From Methanobacteriota archaeon (lineage in GTDB: Archaea; Thermoplasmatota; Poseidoniia; Poseidoniales; Poseidoniaceae), in contig JABIGM010000033.1 in NCBI GenBank assembly GCA_018650165.1, positions 3,036 through 67,035 on the forward strand: a stretch of 64,000 nt of DNA. Direction: 5' to 3'. Positions 46,174 to 55,056 of the stretch are shown here, one piece after another; within the stretch, counting starts at the first letter, position 1, and each line of letters starts with the position of its first letter. Under the pieces are notes generated by a model. It had not been told where the DNA came from. It worked only from the letters and a program-made list of their open reading frames with translations, and did no database searches. A program made the translations under genes and the position numbers.

Positions 46174-46640
46174 AAGGGGACTTTGTAAGCGATGAATCTG
46201 GAGCAAGTACCGAACTGGGATATATTTTCACTTTTTTACTTGGAGTAATTTTCCTTTCAATGTTCAGTGTGTGGGCATTTGGAATTGAAACTGCAACCAG
46301 AGAAAATTGGAATACGACTGCCGTTGATGTCAATATGGCAGATTTAGTTGGGGCTGTTGAACGTGCTGATCTTGCTAGCAGAGATGACGGCGATATTCGC
46401 TATGCAGAAGCAGTCAAATGGCGAGCTACGGAGGCAGATGAATCCCTATTCATTTTGACTCTTGATGATCAAGGTCTTCACTTAGACCATACTGAAAATG
46501 TTCTTGATAGAGATGTTTCAATTTCTGCCACAGGCGCTGGGACATATGATGGAAAAATCACCTTGTCAGGTATTACAGAAATCTGGGTTGTTTACGAAGA
46601 TGGCGTAACTTATCTCAGTAGTAAACGTCCTGATTTCTAA
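46170..46640 (+). CDS. Archaeal pilin-like protein (class III signal-like N-terminus), 156 aa
   Basis: MKGDFVSDESGA/STELGYIFTFLLGVIFLSMFSVWAF. ATGA overlap with the upstream gene, and SD GGAGG 7 nt upstream. Confidence 0.55.
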   Translation: MKGDFVSDESGASTELGYIFTFLLGVIFLSMFSVWAFGIETATRENWNTTAVDVNMADLVGAVERADLASRDDGDIRYAEAVKWRATEADESLFILTLDDQGLHLDHTENVLDRDVSISATGAGTYDGKITLSGITEIWVVYEDGVTYLSSKRPDF

Positions 46641-49166
46641 TCATCGGCCCATCACGGCAGTGTGAACCATCATCTGAACTTCGCGCATTCTGGTTTGCGC
46701 ACCTAATTCCCGGAACACAGAAAGAGCACGTTGTAGGTATTCCGTCCTTCTTTGTCTATCAGGGGCAACACCACCTAACCTTGCAAGAAGTTCACCAATC
46801 TGCATACGCAAGTCATTTGCTTCTGAAATAATCAAGGCTTCACGGTAACGTTCGAGTGCTTCTTCTATCTTGCCACTGTCTTGTAGAACTTCGCCAAGCA
46901 GGATTGAAACTTCCACCAATGCGAGTGGATCTCCTGCCTCGCCCATGGTTGCAAGAGCGTCTGTATAGTGGTGGAGAGCGAGATCTGCATCTCCGGATTT
47001 GGCATAATACCGACCTAGCACGGCGCGAGCACGTGCATGCAAAATCGGGTCATCTGATGATTCTGAACGCTCATACGCTGACAAAGCATGGTCACGGGCT
47101 CGTGTATGCTCACCCAAATCTAACAAGGAACGTGCAAGAACTATTTCTGCAGAGATTAGGCTGAGTGAGTCATCAGATGCGAGAATAGATTCTACCTCAG
47201 AATATGCTTCCAATGCCTTGACTTTATCGCCACTCCTTCGCAAAATGTAGCCCATATTATTGTATGATCTAGCGGCACCGACTGCATCACCGATTTCAAT
47301 ATATAATTCCAACGACTTACGGTGCATGCTCAAACTTGAGTTCGAGTCACCGCGCTTCAGAGCAATGTCGGCAAGGTTCGAAAGTATGTCTGCAATTACA
47401 TCTTTCAAACCTGCGGCTTCAGCAGGAGGTCTTGCTTTGCTAAATGCTTCTTCGGCCTCATCAAATCTTCCCAATAAAGACAATACTTCACCACGAATTC
47501 TATCAATTCGGCAAGAACTTTCAGCGACTATCGAGTTGGTATCGATTGATTCTAGTAAACCAAGAAGTTCAATGTGTCCTTCTTTAATCAGATTACGACC
47601 TTGCTCAATCACAATTTGTGTCGCTTCCTCATGGCGCGAAGAGGCTATTAAATGGTAAATTAATTCCAAAGAAATATGGCTCCCAGCACTCTGTTTCTGG
47701 TACCATGATACCGCTTTGTTGTGCAACTCTTCTTTGGATTGTTCATCGAGACTTTGGAGCAAGAATTCTCTAATCAGGTCGTGAACGTCATAGGCATCAG
47801 AATCAGCATGCCTAGCTAACCCCGATTCGACGAGCGAATCTAGTTCGTCGATATTTAATCCCTGTTCGGTAATCGCTTCAAGGGGAATTGGTTCTCTGAA
47901 AATTGAGAGAGCGCCCAATAGTCGCTTCTGCTCTCCAGAGAGTTTGGAAAAGATTTCGATGTTGACATAGTTTTCTAGGGACTCGTGGAATGCACCCGCT
48001 GATGCACCCCGGTTGATTAACTCGAGAACTAAGGGGTGTCCACGGCTCAATGAGTGAATATAGAGTAACTTTTCCTGATCTAAATCATCAAATGCTGAAA
48101 GTAATGAGCGGGTCGATTCTTGGTCGAGTCCTTCCAGTGGAAGGACCAATGACACAATGCGACCATCTGCATCTTTTAGTGGCACTACTTGACGGAAAGA
48201 CCGTGAAAAAATTACTAATCCTACATCTCCTTCAAACTCTACAAGGTCACGTGATATCGCCTGTATGGTTTGATGAAGCACCTTGTCGTTTACCTTGTGG
48301 TAGTCATCTATGACAATCAAGGCAGAAGAACCAGAGAGCGCATCAGTGATTATTCGAGCTGCATCTACTGCTTGTGGTACCGGAGTTGCCGAAATGTAAT
48401 CAGCGAGCATAGGGTCTCCAATACTAGATAGCCAGTCTGCTATGCTCTCAAAGAATGCACGACTTCCATCCCAATCTTGACATCTATGATACAATAAATT
48501 TCTTCGGTGCATGAAGGATTCGATTACTTTAGCTGCCATCGATGTTTTTCCAATTCCTGCAATTCCTGGAATCATCAAGGTGGTGGATCTCGCTTCAAGT
48601 AAATTAACCATATTTTCGAGTTCGGTCGAGCGACCATAAAAATGCCTGAGCCGAGGTAAATCACCTAGGCTAGTAACCAATTGTTTCTCAACATGTTTAG
48701 ATAAATCACGTTCAACTAAATCGGCAGAGAGAGAACGTACATCGAGTACTCCGTTATCATTGAGGTACCGAATTACATCCACTGGACGCATTGTAAATGG
48801 TATCTTATCCTGTATCTCACCAAGAGTAGAGGTGATTGTAGTCCCATCAGGAAGAATCGCTCTAAGCGGGAATTCACGAAGCCTCTTCCAAGTTTCTTCG
48901 GCAACATTCATTCCAGAATCCGTCAAGAAGTATGCCTTACGTTTACGGCTAACTCCCTGAACATGTGCTTGTCGTTCGACGAGGAAACCTTGGTCTTTCA
49001 ATCCAGAGATTGCTCTTGGCACGTTTGACCTTGCTATTGATACTGCATTTGCAATACCCATTTGCGATAACGCAAATGGTACTTCGACTGAACTCATGAA
49101 ATCTGAAAAATCAGACAAATGGAGCAGTATTCTCTCATGCACTCCTGGTTTTGGTCGTACAACCAT
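46641..49166 (-). CDS. wHTH - STAND/AAA P-loop NTPase - TPR signal-transduction regulator (841 aa)
   Basis: N-terminal winged helix: LSQMGIANAVSIARSNVPRAISGLKDQGFLVERQAHVQGVSRKRKAYFLTDSG. Walker A MIPGIAGIGKTSMA; Walker B ALIVIDDYHKV. C-terminal TPR-like repeats: ARSYNNMGYILRRSGDKVKALEAY, AVLGRYYAKSGDADLALHHY. SD GGAGGGTGA upstream. Confidence 0.8.
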   Translation of the reverse strand: MVVRPKPGVHERILLHLSDFSDFMSSVEVPFALSQMGIANAVSIARSNVPRAISGLKDQGFLVERQAHVQGVSRKRKAYFLTDSGMNVAEETWKRLREFPLRAILPDGTTITSTLGEIQDKIPFTMRPVDVIRYLNDNGVLDVRSLSADLVERDLSKHVEKQLVTSLGDLPRLRHFYGRSTELENMVNLLEARSTTLMIPGIAGIGKTSMAAKVIESFMHRRNLLYHRCQDWDGSRAFFESIADWLSSIGDPMLADYISATPVPQAVDAARIITDALSGSSALIVIDDYHKVNDKVLHQTIQAISRDLVEFEGDVGLVIFSRSFRQVVPLKDADGRIVSLVLPLEGLDQESTRSLLSAFDDLDQEKLLYIHSLSRGHPLVLELINRGASAGAFHESLENYVNIEIFSKLSGEQKRLLGALSIFREPIPLEAITEQGLNIDELDSLVESGLARHADSDAYDVHDLIREFLLQSLDEQSKEELHNKAVSWYQKQSAGSHISLELIYHLIASSRHEEATQIVIEQGRNLIKEGHIELLGLLESIDTNSIVAESSCRIDRIRGEVLSLLGRFDEAEEAFSKARPPAEAAGLKDVIADILSNLADIALKRGDSNSSLSMHRKSLELYIEIGDAVGAARSYNNMGYILRRSGDKVKALEAYSEVESILASDDSLSLISAEIVLARSLLDLGEHTRARDHALSAYERSESSDDPILHARARAVLGRYYAKSGDADLALHHYTDALATMGEAGDPLALVEVSILLGEVLQDSGKIEEALERYREALIISEANDLRMQIGELLARLGGVAPDRQRRTEYLQRALSVFRELGAQTRMREVQMMVHTAVMGR

Positions 49167-49220
49167 ATCTCACCCTCCGTTCTTATCCCCTTAGAGTATT
49201 TTGTATCCCTGCGTGAAGGA

Positions 49221-52200
49221 TTACTCTTGCGGTGGTGTGTAATTTGGATCTGCAACCCACTGGTTAGTTTGAGCATCCCAAATCCAGCCAGGGTGTTGAG
49301 GTTGAGCCGCAGGCATAGGAGCTGCTGCTGGTACCAAATCACCCGAAATAACTGAGTCGTGGAGATTGACATTCACATTTTGGACCATTGTTCCAGCAAC
49401 TGCTTGCTCTGCGGCTCTCGCTTTAGCCCAGGCGTAAGGATCTTCTTCCTTCTGTTGCTCTTGTGTCATTTCTGCAGCATCATCAAATTCTTCAAATTCG
49501 AGGAAGAAAAAGGTTCCAACTCCCAGAAGTACAGCCAGTGAAACAATTGCGATTACAACCCATAACCACGTTGGCATGCCTGCAGTTTCAGGCTCGCCGC
49601 TAGTGAGCATGATACTTGTTCCATCATTCTTACCGATTGTTTGGTCATTTTGGTCGAAATAGATACCATAACTTCCATCATCTCCTAACTGCGATGTAGA
49701 GATTTCCATTTTCCATGTCCCATCATCTTTGACCGTAGTTGAGTTCAAGTGTAAATCACCGCTAACAAGCCTAGCTTTAACTTGAGAACCGGGTAATCCA
49801 GTTCCTGTAAATAGGGCAGTGTCCTCAAAGGTTACAATTCCCACATCGGCTCTCTGTGCTGAAAATGTAACACCCTTGACAATGAAATTTACCTGATACG
49901 AATAAGAAACAGAATCATGAATATCCCTCGCTTCAAACATTACTCCAGACATCGACCAATCTGAGATTTCATTTGAAGATTGATACATTGAGTCCATTGG
50001 ATTGTAAATTGCTTTACCATCCGGAGTGATGCGAATATGGTAGGCATAATCATTGTCAATTGCTGTTTGTGGGTCATCATATATGTCGAATAGCAAGTGG
50101 CTCGATTCTGGACCTACGCCATCGGAGTCATTGAAGTAATCAAGCAAGTTGATTTCTAACCCTACTCCACACTTGTCGAATGAACTAGATTTTTCGTCAC
50201 AGAAAATTGTAATTGTTTCTATCCACCCAGATTCGTTGAAAGTTGGGGCGATATTATCAGCATCGGTCGGATTATCAATTACAACTCTGACAGTTTCAAT
50301 AATTGAATAATCGACACCGTCATATGACTTCACTTGGATTTCATATTGCTGGTCATGAATCAAGTCGCTGGTATCCCAATAAGTCTGCCATGCACCATTT
50401 GGCAAGAACGAAGTTACTGGGTCAGGTCCATTATTCAATTCGATACCACTAGCTAAATCTAAGATAGTAATCTCAACACGAGTTACTTGGCCATCATTGT
50501 CACGTGCTACACCACTGATGATGGTCTCTTCATCGGCTCTTACGCTTTCCATTGGCAGTGGCTCACTGATCTGGATAATCGGTATTCGGTTATCATTATC
50601 GATTGTGATTGTGACAGTAGCCGGGGTACAAATATCGATTATCTCATGGCAATAGTTTGAATCGCTTGCCCAAACTGCAAACGAATAATCACCACTAGGT
50701 AGGGATGAGAAATTCCAAGAATCAGACCAAACGGTTCCACCACCACTGTTTGCTGGATAGTTTGCCGAGTAATTATTTGGTCCAGTTACGCTGAACCAAA
50801 TATCTCTAATGTCACTACCCTGGACACCTTGATAGTCATCTGAAGAAGTCCCACTGAACAATACTTCTTGGCCATCGTGAGTTGAACCATCTAGAGGAGA
50901 TTCTAAAATAATGCTTGGAGGAGCAATATTCAACTTGAATACACGTGTGGTAACAATCGATTCATCTAGCCCATCATATGAGCGGACACGGAATGTTACA
51001 TCCTCTTCAAAGTGGTTTGCCATATCCCAATCAAAAGACCAAGTCTTGAATGGCCAGTTAGTCTTAGTCATCTCACCATTTGCGCCAGAGGTATCCGTTG
51101 CAAGGTACCAGTCGAGGCTTGCATGCGGTTGGATTTCGACTTTCTTAATGTCACCGAACTGTTTCAACCATGAATCATAGTCATTGAAATATGCTGGACC
51201 AATTCCATCGTGTGCCGAACCAGTAATTGTGATTGTTTGGGCAAAGGAAGTTCCATCATTTTGGTCAACACTTACCGATGGTGCCGTATTCGAAAGGTGA
51301 ATTACCTCATCGACCATTCCAGTCAAGGTGAACTCGTGCACTGATGTGCCTTTGCTGAATTTCTTTGCATCAACCGAGTATGTTGGCATTTCACGGTTTC
51401 CATTTTGACAATCAGGGTCCTGCCCATCAATCAATGTGTCACCATCATTATCTGCTCCATCTCCACAGGAGTCCTCTCCTGTATCCGTTGCAAGATGGTT
51501 CCAATTGGTGTCGATATGGAAATTAGATGGCAAAGTTACCCATGGAGTGAATCCATAAGCATCTGTTGTAACATTGTAAAGTGGCTTACCATTTGCATCC
51601 TTCATTGTGACGAGCGCTTCAGCAACTTGAGAATTGTCAGCCTTAACTTGGTAACGGACTAGCTCTCCTTGCTCTACCTGCACACCCCATGCGGTATTCT
51701 GGTTTTGGATGTGTATTTTGGAGCGGTCGAAATTTTGTATATCGGAATAAGTAAATGTAGTTGCATTCTGATTAACTTCCATTGACAGCGGCATGAAACG
51801 TGGTGGCCAATCTGCTGTAAGTGGGGCTTTGATACACTCAGTGAGATCCCATGGGCACTCTGCACCCATCCATGATAGTGAAACCGGATACATAATTCCT
51901 GCACCTGGGTCTGGCATGAATTCACTTTGAACAGCGACTCGAGACTCAGTAACATTGTAGATTTGAGTAGCGTTGGTGTAGGTATTACCAGAAAAGTATG
52001 CTATTGATGCATACTTGTTACCATAATTATCATCATAAAGTGAAATATTTGCGGCAAATTCTCCTACTTCGATATCGTTGTCTTGAGCATTTACAATTCC
52101 GCCCTTGATTCTGAATCCATCGCCTGCATTGTTAGTAACAGTGTTACCAATAAAAGTTGCAGATGACATGTATACATGGAAGGCTGGACATTGGAAGTCT

Positions 52201-53558
52201 CCACCGTACATGTAATCTGAATTACAGACTCCTGTATTGTCGGCGACTATATTGTTAGCAAAGTAAAGTCTGGCCTTGGTAGGTTGTGGTACATTCCATC
52301 CCTGGTCTTTATGGTGGTATTCTCCAATCAATACTGGCTCCTTTGCAGTACCGGTGATAGTATTGTTTTCCGCAGAAACATCTGATTCGCCATAAATCCA
52401 GATTCCATTCCAGCCACCAATCGGCCCGATTACGTTATTGTTAATCACAACCATTGATGCGCGTATTCCGAAACCAGAACCTTCAGCGGAACCAGAGATT
52501 GTATTCCTTTCAGCTACTACAATCGCACCATCATAAGCAGTTATTCCAGCACCATCTGTTGGACTAATTGTATTGTCTGAGATGATGAATTTGTGAGTTT
52601 GGCCATTGGTCACAAGGTGGGAATTCGTGTCAATTGCATTGCACTTTGTTGAGACTGTTGAGTTAGTCAAATAGCCACTACTTGACCGCAAGAACGCCCC
52701 ATATGAGTTCTGAGAAATAGAGATTGTATCCATTCGCACGAATGAGTCTTCCAGATAAATCGCTGAGCGACCGCCACCCTGGGCGCCACAATCGGTTTCT
52801 TCACCAGTGAATGCAGAATTCAAGACTTGCATTACAACTAACCCAGCACCAGCGCCATATGCTTGTATGGCAGCACCATGATATCCTTGTCCATCTATTC
52901 CAACTACAAAGGTCCCACCATCAAGGGTAGGCGAAGCACCATTGAATGCAAGTATATTCGTAGTATTGATGTCTTTGAATGTTGGATTTGTAACACTGAG
53001 ACTTGCACCATCAAAAATCATTGCACCGTATTTGATAGTTCCTTGGCCGTCGAGATCAACTGGTATCCCATAGGCTCCATCAAGTGTAACGTGGTTCATT
53101 CGTGTTAGAGATTGGTCGATAGTTTCTGCGAGGTAAAGACCCGAGCCGCATGCCATGTCAGGATTCCAAACTCCAGTCACATAGCAGCGCCCGGTTTGAT
53201 TTGGAGCAGGTGCTGCTGGTGCGCCCCAAATGAAGCGAACCGGCGAACCGGTACTGGCTTGTGAAGCACCACAAGCAGAATCTCCCGCGCAAATCGAACC
53301 CTGTATCTGAATATTTTTATCCGCAGGGATATTGATTGTAGTACCTGCATTTATGATAAGTTTCGCACCACCGGCAACAAGTAGATCCCCATCAAGATTC
53401 ATTACTCCTGTCCAGGTTTCTGTTCCAGTAATCGTACCAGATGTAGTTTCATTAACTGCAGTGACGACTGGAACAGTAGAAACCATTGTCACGAATAGCG
53501 ATAATAGAAATATACTGATTAGTCCCAAACTCTTACTTTTTTGAACATTGATAGACAT
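49221..53558 (-). CDS. Giant type-I surface protein (1445 aa) with right-handed parallel beta-helix (PbH1) repeats, Ig/cadherin-like domains, a TM and a W-rich cytoplasmic tail
   Basis: Signal MSINVQKSKSLGLISIFLLSLFVTMVSTVPVVTA. PbH1-like NTISGSAEGSGFGI, NNVIGPIGGWNGIWI, NNTITGTAKE, GNTVTNNAGDGFRI. Cys-rich CGDGADNDGDTLIDGQDPDC. TM WLWVVIAIVSLAVLLGVGTFFFL. The tail ends HPGWIWDAQTNQWVADPNYTPPQE. Confidence 0.85.
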   Translation of the reverse strand: MSINVQKSKSLGLISIFLLSLFVTMVSTVPVVTAVNETTSGTITGTETWTGVMNLDGDLLVAGGAKLIINAGTTINIPADKNIQIQGSICAGDSACGASQASTGSPVRFIWGAPAAPAPNQTGRCYVTGVWNPDMACGSGLYLAETIDQSLTRMNHVTLDGAYGIPVDLDGQGTIKYGAMIFDGASLSVTNPTFKDINTTNILAFNGASPTLDGGTFVVGIDGQGYHGAAIQAYGAGAGLVVMQVLNSAFTGEETDCGAQGGGRSAIYLEDSFVRMDTISISQNSYGAFLRSSSGYLTNSTVSTKCNAIDTNSHLVTNGQTHKFIISDNTISPTDGAGITAYDGAIVVAERNTISGSAEGSGFGIRASMVVINNNVIGPIGGWNGIWIYGESDVSAENNTITGTAKEPVLIGEYHHKDQGWNVPQPTKARLYFANNIVADNTGVCNSDYMYGGDFQCPAFHVYMSSATFIGNTVTNNAGDGFRIKGGIVNAQDNDIEVGEFAANISLYDDNYGNKYASIAYFSGNTYTNATQIYNVTESRVAVQSEFMPDPGAGIMYPVSLSWMGAECPWDLTECIKAPLTADWPPRFMPLSMEVNQNATTFTYSDIQNFDRSKIHIQNQNTAWGVQVEQGELVRYQVKADNSQVAEALVTMKDANGKPLYNVTTDAYGFTPWVTLPSNFHIDTNWNHLATDTGEDSCGDGADNDGDTLIDGQDPDCQNGNREMPTYSVDAKKFSKGTSVHEFTLTGMVDEVIHLSNTAPSVSVDQNDGTSFAQTITITGSAHDGIGPAYFNDYDSWLKQFGDIKKVEIQPHASLDWYLATDTSGANGEMTKTNWPFKTWSFDWDMANHFEEDVTFRVRSYDGLDESIVTTRVFKLNIAPPSIILESPLDGSTHDGQEVLFSGTSSDDYQGVQGSDIRDIWFSVTGPNNYSANYPANSGGGTVWSDSWNFSSLPSGDYSFAVWASDSNYCHEIIDICTPATVTITIDNDNRIPIIQISEPLPMESVRADEETIISGVARDNDGQVTRVEITILDLASGIELNNGPDPVTSFLPNGAWQTYWDTSDLIHDQQYEIQVKSYDGVDYSIIETVRVVIDNPTDADNIAPTFNESGWIETITIFCDEKSSSFDKCGVGLEINLLDYFNDSDGVGPESSHLLFDIYDDPQTAIDNDYAYHIRITPDGKAIYNPMDSMYQSSNEISDWSMSGVMFEARDIHDSVSYSYQVNFIVKGVTFSAQRADVGIVTFEDTALFTGTGLPGSQVKARLVSGDLHLNSTTVKDDGTWKMEISTSQLGDDGSYGIYFDQNDQTIGKNDGTSIMLTSGEPETAGMPTWLWVVIAIVSLAVLLGVGTFFFLEFEEFDDAAEMTQEQQKEEDPYAWAKARAAEQAVAGTMVQNVNVNLHDSVISGDLVPAAAPMPAAQPQHPGWIWDAQTNQWVADPNYTPPQE

Positions 53559-53626
53559 AAAGACCCCTCTAACAAGCCCCCCACAGCCAAGTCCGCCTTA
53601 ACACATTGGTACAGGAAACTACCGTT

Positions 53627-53691
53627 TAGTATCAAATAACTACTTTTGTATCACATTATTTGGCTCTAAAAAATAACATAGTATCAAATAA
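53627..53691. repeat. Two exact 13-bp direct repeats TAGTATCAAATAA (53627-53639 and 53679-53691) in an AT-rich intergenic region
   Basis: The two copies are separated by 52 bp start to start. Related ATAGTA copies lie at 53705 and 53712, a GTATCA at 53648, and an (ATA)n run at 53690-53702. All are upstream of the beta-helix giant gene on the minus strand. Confidence 0.6.
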
Positions 53692-53750
53692 TAATAATAA
53701 TATCATAGTAAATAGTAATCTCAAACACCTCAGTACAACGAATAAGGCAT

Positions 53751-54965
53751 TTAGCAGATGTTGGCAAGGCGGATTTCATCCAACCAATCGCTTCCATCTA
53801 TCGATCCGTATCCCCATTGAGAGTCGTGCTCAATATCGGCTTCAAGAGATTCAGCAGAAACCATCAGAGCTTCCTTTACTTGAGTAATACATTCAAGTGA
53901 AGGATTGTCTTTCAAGTTTGGTTCAGCCTCTAAGATTAGTGCTAATATTCCCGACACAAATACGGTGGCATCGCTTGTGCCAGTGGATGAATAGTATTCT
54001 CCACCTTTGGCTGTCGAGATTATACCGACACCAGGTGCTGAAATTTCTGGTTTAAGGTGCGGACTTACTCTTTCATCACCACTACTGTCGACAGGTGCGC
54101 CAATTGACGAACCACTCCACACAGTACCATCTCTTTCCAAAGCTGCCACTGAGATAACCTCGGCAACATTTGACGGTGTCGAAACGCGGCCATCATCTGA
54201 AACTCCACCATCGTTGCCTGCTGCTGCAACAACATAGACGCCATTTGCTAGAGCAAGACGTACGGCATTAGTAGTCGGTCCTTCTCGCTCAGCCTCTGGG
54301 TCGCTTTCACCACCTAAAGAAAGTGAGATTATATCGGCTTCAAAGGTTCTCCAACACCATTCAATTGCATTTGCAACTAATTGTTCATCACCACTGTTTC
54401 CCCCAGAACCATCTTCTCCGAGGGCTGCAGCCATACCAAGTGTCACTCTAGGAGCCACCCCCTGAAGATAACCATCGGCTACCAGTATACCGGCCATCAT
54501 TGTCCCATGGGCAAGTAAACCGTAGTCAACCGGACCACTCGAACCTGAAATGAAATCCTTGAAGACTAAATCTACGCCCGCTAAATCCGGATGAGTGGTG
54601 TCGATTCCAGTATCTACCATGCAGACTCTGACGTCGGAACCAGTAAGCCCAGAATCCTGTAAATCTCTTGCTCCAACCTCTTCAAAAGCCCATTCTGAAG
54701 TAGGAGGTGGTAAATCGATTAGCAAATACTGGGAAACAGCCCAGAAAATAATTACAATGAGTACTAGTATACCAGTATTAGCAATCCTTTGCGAATTTCT
54801 ACGTTGACGAGAGATAACTGGAACCGGTTCAGGGTCCCACCCCAGAACTTCACTGCGCCAACCCTCCTGGTGCCCGATGGTATTAGGATCGGTAGCAGAG
54901 AGAATTCGTGAATCTGTAGGTTCAGGAATAAACTCGACTCCCTTGAGTTCATTATCCTCCCACAT
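53751..54965 (-). CDS. Type-II membrane-anchored subtilisin-like (S8) serine protease (404 aa)
   Basis: Cytoplasmic N-tail, then SRQRRNSQRIAN plus TM TGILVLIVIIFWAVSQYLLI. Catalytic motifs: MVDTGIDTTHPDL (Asp), AHGTMMAGIL (His), STGTSDATVFVSG (Ser). Confidence 0.85.
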   Translation of the reverse strand: MWEDNELKGVEFIPEPTDSRILSATDPNTIGHQEGWRSEVLGWDPEPVPVISRQRRNSQRIANTGILVLIVIIFWAVSQYLLIDLPPPTSEWAFEEVGARDLQDSGLTGSDVRVCMVDTGIDTTHPDLAGVDLVFKDFISGSSGPVDYGLLAHGTMMAGILVADGYLQGVAPRVTLGMAAALGEDGSGGNSGDEQLVANAIEWCWRTFEADIISLSLGGESDPEAEREGPTTNAVRLALANGVYVVAAAGNDGGVSDDGRVSTPSNVAEVISVAALERDGTVWSGSSIGAPVDSSGDERVSPHLKPEISAPGVGIISTAKGGEYYSSTGTSDATVFVSGILALILEAEPNLKDNPSLECITQVKEALMVSAESLEADIEHDSQWGYGSIDGSDWLDEIRLANIC

Positions 54966-55015
54966 AGTTCAACGCTAACGCCTTCAATGCTTGAACATAT
55001 GTCTCTAACCAGTTG

Positions 55016-55035
55016 AAAAACACCCTTCAAGAAGG
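55016..55035 (-). terminator. Candidate terminator after aglB
   Basis: The minus strand reads CCTTC-TT-GAAGG, then GTGTTTTTC, beginning 21 nt downstream of the aglB stop. Confidence 0.35.
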
Positions 55036-55056
55036 ATGCATTCAAACAGATATTGC

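Noticed and set aside
46641-49166. STAND NTPase as an antiviral Avs-like defence protein
   Set aside because: The N-terminus is a DNA-binding-type winged helix rather than a nuclease, protease or TIR effector, and no other defence genes are adjacent. It is kept as a regulator candidate instead.
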